Of a stretch of DNA of 64,000 nt, positions 57,304 through 64,000 are shown one piece after another (the first letter of the stretch is position 1; each line of letters opens with the position of its first letter). The position numbers and the translations under genes were made by a program. A model generated the notes under the pieces. That model ran no database searches. It had not been told where the DNA came from and saw only the letters and a list, made by a program, of their open reading frames with translations. The DNA comes from Octopus vulgaris. Lineage: Eukaryota. The stretch is taken from NCBI GenBank assembly GCA_951406725.2, contig OX597824.1:71114001-71178000 (forward strand). The letters are read 5' to 3'.

Positions 57304-58396
57304 TTTTTTTTGACCCTCGCAAAAAAAAAAGGAGAGAAGGCAAAATAGACTTCAGCGAGATTTGAACTCAGAAGGTAGAGAGAAGGAATAAATTCTGCAA
57401 AGTATTTCTTTTTCGACAATCTAACGATTCTGCCAATCTACTGGTCTAAAATTATAATTATTCATTCGAGGGCGGCGTGCTGAGAGTAACGTTACCACGC
57501 CGGTCAAAATGTTTAGCGCCATTGCATCCGTATTCACGTTCAAATTTTGCCGAAGTCGACTTTGCCTTTCATCTTTTTGGGGTGGATAAAATAAGTACGA
57601 GTTGAACACTGGGGTCAATGTAATCGACTTACCTCCCCGCCTTGTACCAAAATTTGAAACGAATCATTCATCCAGTACATACATACTTATATCGCAAGAA
57701 AATAAAAACTGTCTCATAATTTTTTGCTCGCTGACTGCTAAAATTTAGAATAAACCTTATCACCACTATATCACTTTAGTGATAACAAGGGGCACGATCT
57801 GCCAAACTCTGTTCGGTTGTTAACCTGGCAGTCTATCAATTCGGTCATGTATGCGAGTCTGTGAACAACACCGATTTCACTAAAACAAAACAAAACAGAA
57901 AGAAAGAAAGAAAGAAAGAAACAAACAAACAAACAAACAAACAAACAAACAAACAAACAAAACAAAAAGAAAGAAATAAAGACCTGATTGGCCTAATGGG
58001 AAATTTCTTAACCTACTGACAGACTTCAACATTGCTGATACAGCAGTCAACAATACTGAGATTTCAAGAGGCAGATGAGATAATGAAAAGTCTGCTATAG
58101 ATAAGAGAGATAAGGGAGATAACATGCCTGCAGTCTGCTCCGATAGTGAGCCCTGCAGCCAATATGACTGACATGCAAAGAAGATCTCGGTTACACAGTA
58201 CACATATTGCTTCAACAGTTTTCGTGGTAACGGCAACCTTCCAAATGCCCTTGCAAATGTGTTTGATAACCCCCAGTCCCTATGCCGGAGAAGAGAAGAA
58301 AAACAAGAAAAATATATTTACAGCCCTGTCTGTTTCACCATTGCTTAATCTGAGAAAGATCACTGATGTAATATCTCCCCCCTCTCTCTCTCTCTC

Positions 58397-58434
<38 letters not shown>

Positions 58435-58854
58435 ACACACAAAAATATATACACGTATGCACGCGTATACACATACAATTAAAGTTGTTGTTCCTCCCAC
58501 TCGTGGAACAATAATTTTTTGGCTGGGAATCAGTACAGTTCTCCAAGGAATTATTTCACTCAGCTTCTGCCATGCCGTGAAAAAATACATTTTGCTAATT
58601 TAATCGTAGATGTAGTGGTAGAGCCAACCCAATGGTTTCCAAAATTCTTTCGAGTCTGCTGCACTTTTTGGCTCTCCACAATCATCTCGAACACTTACTC
58701 ATACTAACCTCACCGTCACCACCACAATTACCAATAAGCACTAACACCTTTTAAGATGGCTACCCAATGCAAAGGGTCACACGGTAATGATTTCATCATT
58801 GACACAAGGAACGTAAATTTTAAGGGAAGAGGATTGTAATTGCCCTTAGCGATA

Positions 58855-59598
<744 letters not shown>

Positions 59599-59681
59599 TG
59601 GGAACTTGGGGACTGAACCCGAAGCCATGAGGTTTGGAAGCAAGCTTCTTACCACACAACCACGCGTGCGTCTATAATGAT

Positions 59682-60020
59682 TGAAGAAAATATTCGCAAA
59701 TTCGCTCGTAGATTTCATTGAATACGGAGGCCAACGACTTGCAATTTTGTTTCGGCTTTGTGACCCTTTAATTCTACCCCAACAAGGAAACTTTTATGTC
59801 ATCACTCGACCTGCGATATATAGCAACCAAATTTCTCTTAAATCGCAGTCAACGAAGCAAATATTCGCAAATTCCCTCGCAGATCTCACTGAATATTGAA
59901 TACACCGGTTTCTAATTCTCTTTTGATTTCGTGGCCTTCTAAGTTCTACCTGAACAAGAAAACCTCGATATAATCGTTCGACCTACTAGATATAGCGAAT
60001 ATCTTTTAAATCACACCGAC
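59682..60020. repeat. Diverged ~170 bp tandem duplication
   Basis: GAAG.AAATATTCGCAAATTC.CTCG.AGAT.TCA.TGAATA at about 59683 and 59853. Confidence 0.7.
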
Positions 60021-60242
60021 TACTTTATAAAAAAAAAAAAGGAAGAGCACGTTGGGATACTATAGTCCAAGACACCAAAAAAGGTAGGATTAAAGGCTGG
60101 AATATCTTTAATCATAGATTGTTCCAGTAGATCAATATTATTATGAGGCTGATCAACAGCAAAAACTGCTTCATTACTAACATCCTTTTCACTAATTATT
60201 CAGTACCCTTACTTAAGAGAGCAAGTCATGTCTCATATAGAC

Positions 60243-60403
60243 CAGTGGTTCCCTAACCCTTTTCTTATCAACGTTGAGCTCTTTTATTTAAAAGACTTTT
60301 CCTATGGACCTATGCTTTTGAAATTATTGTCTACTCAACAAATTTTGAACTCAGGCCACGGACCGCCATTCCAATTTTTCGAGCTTCATGCTGGGAAACA
60401 CTG
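60243..60403. mobile_element. hAT-type MITE, old
   Basis: CAGTGGTTCCC / GGGAAACACTG termini; target duplication poor. Confidence 0.45.
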
Positions 60404-60457
60404 CTAGAGAAGATAGATAATAGTTTATTAGAGACACATAAAGCAGCGATGATTGAA

Positions 60458-60927
60458 ATATAGGTGTGTGCAATTATATATAACACATTCGTATACACTT
60501 AAACCTAGAAAGACTCCCGCAGCGCAAACTGTTTCTGGAAAGAAATTCTTCTTATAAACAGTGTATGTGAAAAACATACCACTGGGATATGAATGACGTA
60601 ATCGGATTGTAGGACACGTGTCTCTGCGTCGTTACTCTTCACCAACTCAGTTCTTCATAGCCATGCTATTTTAATATAAGAACGACAGTTCTACAATTCT
60701 TAGTGGGCTATGAACGACAGATTCGATGTCCGTAACTGATGAAGCATAACGATACAGAAACACGTGTCCTACGTCCCGATTACGTAATTCGTAGCTCAGC
60801 GGTGTGTTTTCTTTTCACATATGTTATCTATAAAGAGAATTTCTCTCCAGAGACAGTTTTCAACAGCGGTGGCCTTTACACGTTTGAATGTGCACTACTG
60901 TGTTAAATATAACTGTACACGCCTATA
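60458..60927. mobile_element. Old ~190 bp-arm inverted repeat with hammerhead-like cores at the inner ends
   Basis: Right arm CGTAA-CTGATGA-AGCATAACGATACA-GAAA-CACGTG-TC-CTACG (60731-60773); left arm is a degenerate reverse complement. Confidence 0.65.
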
Positions 60928-61025
60928 TAATTATAAGATTTCAAAAAAGAATAACAGAAATTTCCGGAGATAAGCAGTCGGGTTTAAGATGAATGGTTAA
61001 AGTTGGTTGGTTTTAGGATCAATAT

Positions 61026-61177
61026 AGGCGAAGGCGTGGCTGTGTGGTAAGAAATCTGTTTCTCAACCACATGGTTCTAAGTTCACTCCTACTGCGCGGC
61101 ACCTTGGACAAGTGTCTTCTACCCTAGTTTCGGGCCTTGTGAGTGGATTTGGCTGAAGGAAACTGAAAAGAAGCCTG

Positions 61178-61222
<45 letters not shown>

Positions 61223-61452
61223 TGTGTGTGTGTCTTTGTGTCTGTGTTTGCCAATCCCCTCCCGTATCGCTTGACAACCGGTGTTGGTGTGTTTACGTCC
61301 CCGTATTTCAGCGGTTCGGCAAAAGTGATCGGTAGAATAAGTTCCAGTTAGAAAGAAAAGTACTGGGATCGATTCGTTCTAGTGAAACACTTCAAGCTGA
61401 TGCTCCAGCGTGGCCGCAGTCTAATGACTGAAACAAGTAAAAGATAAAAGAT
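61026..61452 (+). mobile_element. SINE family A, full length
   Basis: Homology to the other copies. Confidence 0.85.
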
Positions 61453-61561
61453 ACAAGGTGTTGTTTTACGTCACAGTCGTACTGACAATTGCTCGGAAAG
61501 CCCACGAGTTTAAGGACCCAACGCTAATCTGTGTATATTGTGGCTTGTTGTCAGTAAATAT

Positions 61562-61673
<112 letters not shown>

Positions 61674-62162
61674 GCGCGAACACATTGCATTCCTTTTTCG
61701 AGAGACTTGTAATGCTGTTAAGATGGCATTGCTGTGGGTTTGGCTGACAATGAATCCCAACGCCCACGCTTTACCGAATAACGCCTATTCAAGCAATCCT
61801 AGCGCCCTTAATGGGACGTTTGGAAATATATAATTGCTAAGAAAACTTTGAAACATTTTTCACTATTTTGACTAAGAACATGTCGCATGTCATTCGAGCG
61901 AACTTTCGAAAAGTTGTTTGGGTCACGCCGCAAATAGCTTTTCTCTCTTATCTTTTGCAAGTAAACACTTCTGTTTCTTCAATTTCATTATTTCCTGAGT
62001 GTTGTTGCCTTCAAATGAATGAGTCATACAACATTCAGAACATAATATCCGAAGGCATTTCAACAGTCTAGAAACAGAGGTTGGCGTTAGCAGATAAGCG
62101 GTTAGAATTAACATAACAATAAACCAAAAGCTTCTTTAAGAATGTTTTATGCATTAAATATA

Positions 62163-62393
62163 CGAGGTGCGGTCAAAAACTACCCGACATTATTTTTTCC
62201 CGCCGAAAGTAATGTGTGAGCAAAAAAATACTTTGGGTGGGGATGTCACCATTCTTGCGCATGCGTGAAAATTTTCGCGCGGGTAGTCCGCGTCCTTTCC
62301 CAGCTGTTGCGCCTAGAGTACAGGCATGTAGTGCACGCTCGTCGGATTTTTGCTTTCACCGAACACATCGAGCAGAAATACTGCACCAAGTTT
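62163..62393 (+). mobile_element. mariner 5' fragment
   Basis: TA|CGAGGTGCGGTCAAAAA TIR-like start; EHIEQKYCTKF resembles the mariner N-terminal EQRxxIKF. Confidence 0.5.
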
Positions 62394-62433
62394 GGCAGAA
62401 TCGTTAGGACACCGAAAAAAAAATCTTTTCAGT

Positions 62434-62602
62434 AGGCGTAGGAGTGGCTGTGTAGTAAGTAGCTTGCTTATGAACAACATGGTTCAGGGTTCAGTCCCAC
62501 TGTTTGGCACCTTGGACAAGTGTCTTCTACTGTAGCCTCGGGTCGACCAAAGCCTTGTGAGTAGATTTGGTAGACGGAAACTGAAAGAAGCCCGTCGTAT
62601 AT

Positions 62603-62638
<36 letters not shown>

Positions 62639-62866
62639 TGTGTCTGTCTGTGTGTCTGTGTTTGTTCCCGCAACATCGCTTGACAACCGATGCTGGTGTG
62701 TTTACGTCCCCATAACTTTGCGGTTCGGCAAAAGAGTCCGATAGAATAATTACTAGACTTACAAAGAATAAGTCCTGGGGTCGATTTGCTCGACTAAAGG
62801 CGGTGTTCCAGCATGGCCACAGTCAAATGACTGAAACAAGTAAAAGAGTAAAAGTGTAAAGAGAGT
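62434..62866 (+). mobile_element. SINE family A, full length, young
   Basis: Complete head, internal (TG)n and AAAAGAGT tail; an older inverted copy follows at about 62885-63175. Confidence 0.9.
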
Positions 62867-62980
62867 ATTTGTTCCAACACTTTACGCCTTGAAGAATTTT
62901 TAGCCGAATGAATTGAACGCAGTATTTTTTTTTAACTTAGTACTTATTTTATCGGTCTTTTTGCCGAACCGTTAAGTTAC

Positions 62981-63029
<49 letters not shown>

Positions 63030-63789
63030 TATATATATTTATAAGCGACGGGGTTGTTTTTTCAGTTTCCGTCTACCAAATCCATTCACAAGGCATTATT
63101 GTTCGGTTCGAGGAAAACATTTTCCCAATGTACTACGCAGTAGGATTGAACCCACAGCCACGTGACTGGGAAGCATCACATAACTATTATGTTTGTTTTT
63201 ATCTTCTAGTCAGACGGGAAATGCAGTGCCCATGACCTTTTACGGGGCCTCAGAGATTGGTTGGAAGGAGTACGTTAACTGAAATAACGTAAGAGATTGT
63301 CTCTCTTATCAGCTCGCAGCTCCACCGTCCGGTCTCTGTGAATGGAGAGGAGATAACCTCTCCGAAATGCTTGCATTTCACAGTCTGGATAGGTAGTGCT
63401 GAGAGCTGATTTGGGTGTATTTACACCGTTTGTTTACAGTGATAAATTTTCTCCATGACAAAACACAGTGAACGTGCTATTAACGTATTCGAATTGGTAA
63501 TAACATTGCAATATCTTCTAAATATCTTCCCTTGAGGCATGATGCAGTGACCAAAACAGTCAGGAACAAAATAAGAAAAAGTTAACAATTTTGAAACCGA
63601 TGGAACAATAGAATATTTTGAATATTTTTGATGGAACTTAAAAATTAAAGCAACAACCAAGTTAAAAGACAACCGATCAGATATTGTTGTGTGAAACTAC
63701 GTAAAAAAAGATAGTCTACTGAGAAAATCAGCTGCCCTCTGGACACCAGTGTGGTAAAAAAAAAAAACCAAAGTCCATCCGCGTCCCCA

Positions 63790-64000
63790 AAGTCCATCCC
63801 CTCCTCACCGTGGTGGGGTCGCTGGCAACGGGTAGTGTTAGAGCTATGCCGTCGGGAACTTCGGTTCCTAGCAGGGCCACCCAAGGCGGATTGGTCTGAC
63901 ACCGAGTGGCATTAGGGCCACAACGCTGCAGACGGGGCTCTGGTGAAAATCCTCGGAGTGACTGTTTCGGCAACCGGCGGCTCCTCGGTCGTTCTGTCCC
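63790..64000 (+). mobile_element. 5' UTR of an RTE-clade LINE, running off the window
   Basis: Abrupt GC rise. CCGTGGTGGGG...GAGCTATGCCG...CAGGGCCACCCAAGGCGGA resembles BovB/Expander 5' ends as I recall them; no ORF inside the window to confirm. Confidence 0.6.

Noticed and set aside
57980-58330. Unique, complex-looking segment with ORFs 57880-58236 and 58146-58514
   Set aside because: No recognisable motif or splice pair, and the ORFs are extended by simple repeats.
63906-63922. GTGGCATTAGGGCCAC resembling pistol ribozyme P1
   Set aside because: The complementary pseudoknot strand and other pistol elements are absent from the visible sequence.

Overview
This is a repeat-dominated, AT-rich animal genomic window. 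The SINE families and the extreme (TA)n/(CA)n/(TACA)n/(GATA)n microsatellite load suggest an octopus (coleoid cephalopod); this is an inference from recall, not a search result. Nearly all ORFs in the supplied track are microsatellite or SINE artefacts, and I see no complete host gene. The best host-gene candidate is a signal-peptide-like minus-strand exon at 28548-28703; a decayed Cys-rich (lectin/EGF-like) segment at about 10.2-12.1 kb and two weak plus-strand exons are less certain. Mobile DNA includes a decayed full-length Tc1, maT/mariner/pogo/piggyBac/hAT-type derivatives, a non-autonomous Helitron, a Helitron RepHel relic, a solo LTR, R4/Dong, CR1 and RTE LINE pieces, a Penelope GIY-YIG fragment and three tRNA-derived SINE families. 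Four things stand out. (1) At least four families of short non-coding elements carry type I hammerhead-ribozyme cores, mostly in (TA)n tracts; one subfamily has a fixed CUGUCGA core variant. (2) Fold-back palindromes are very dense. (3) In three places DNA from 0.5-0.9 kb away was copied into another element. (4) A structured, possibly pseudoknotted RTE 5' leader lies at the window end.
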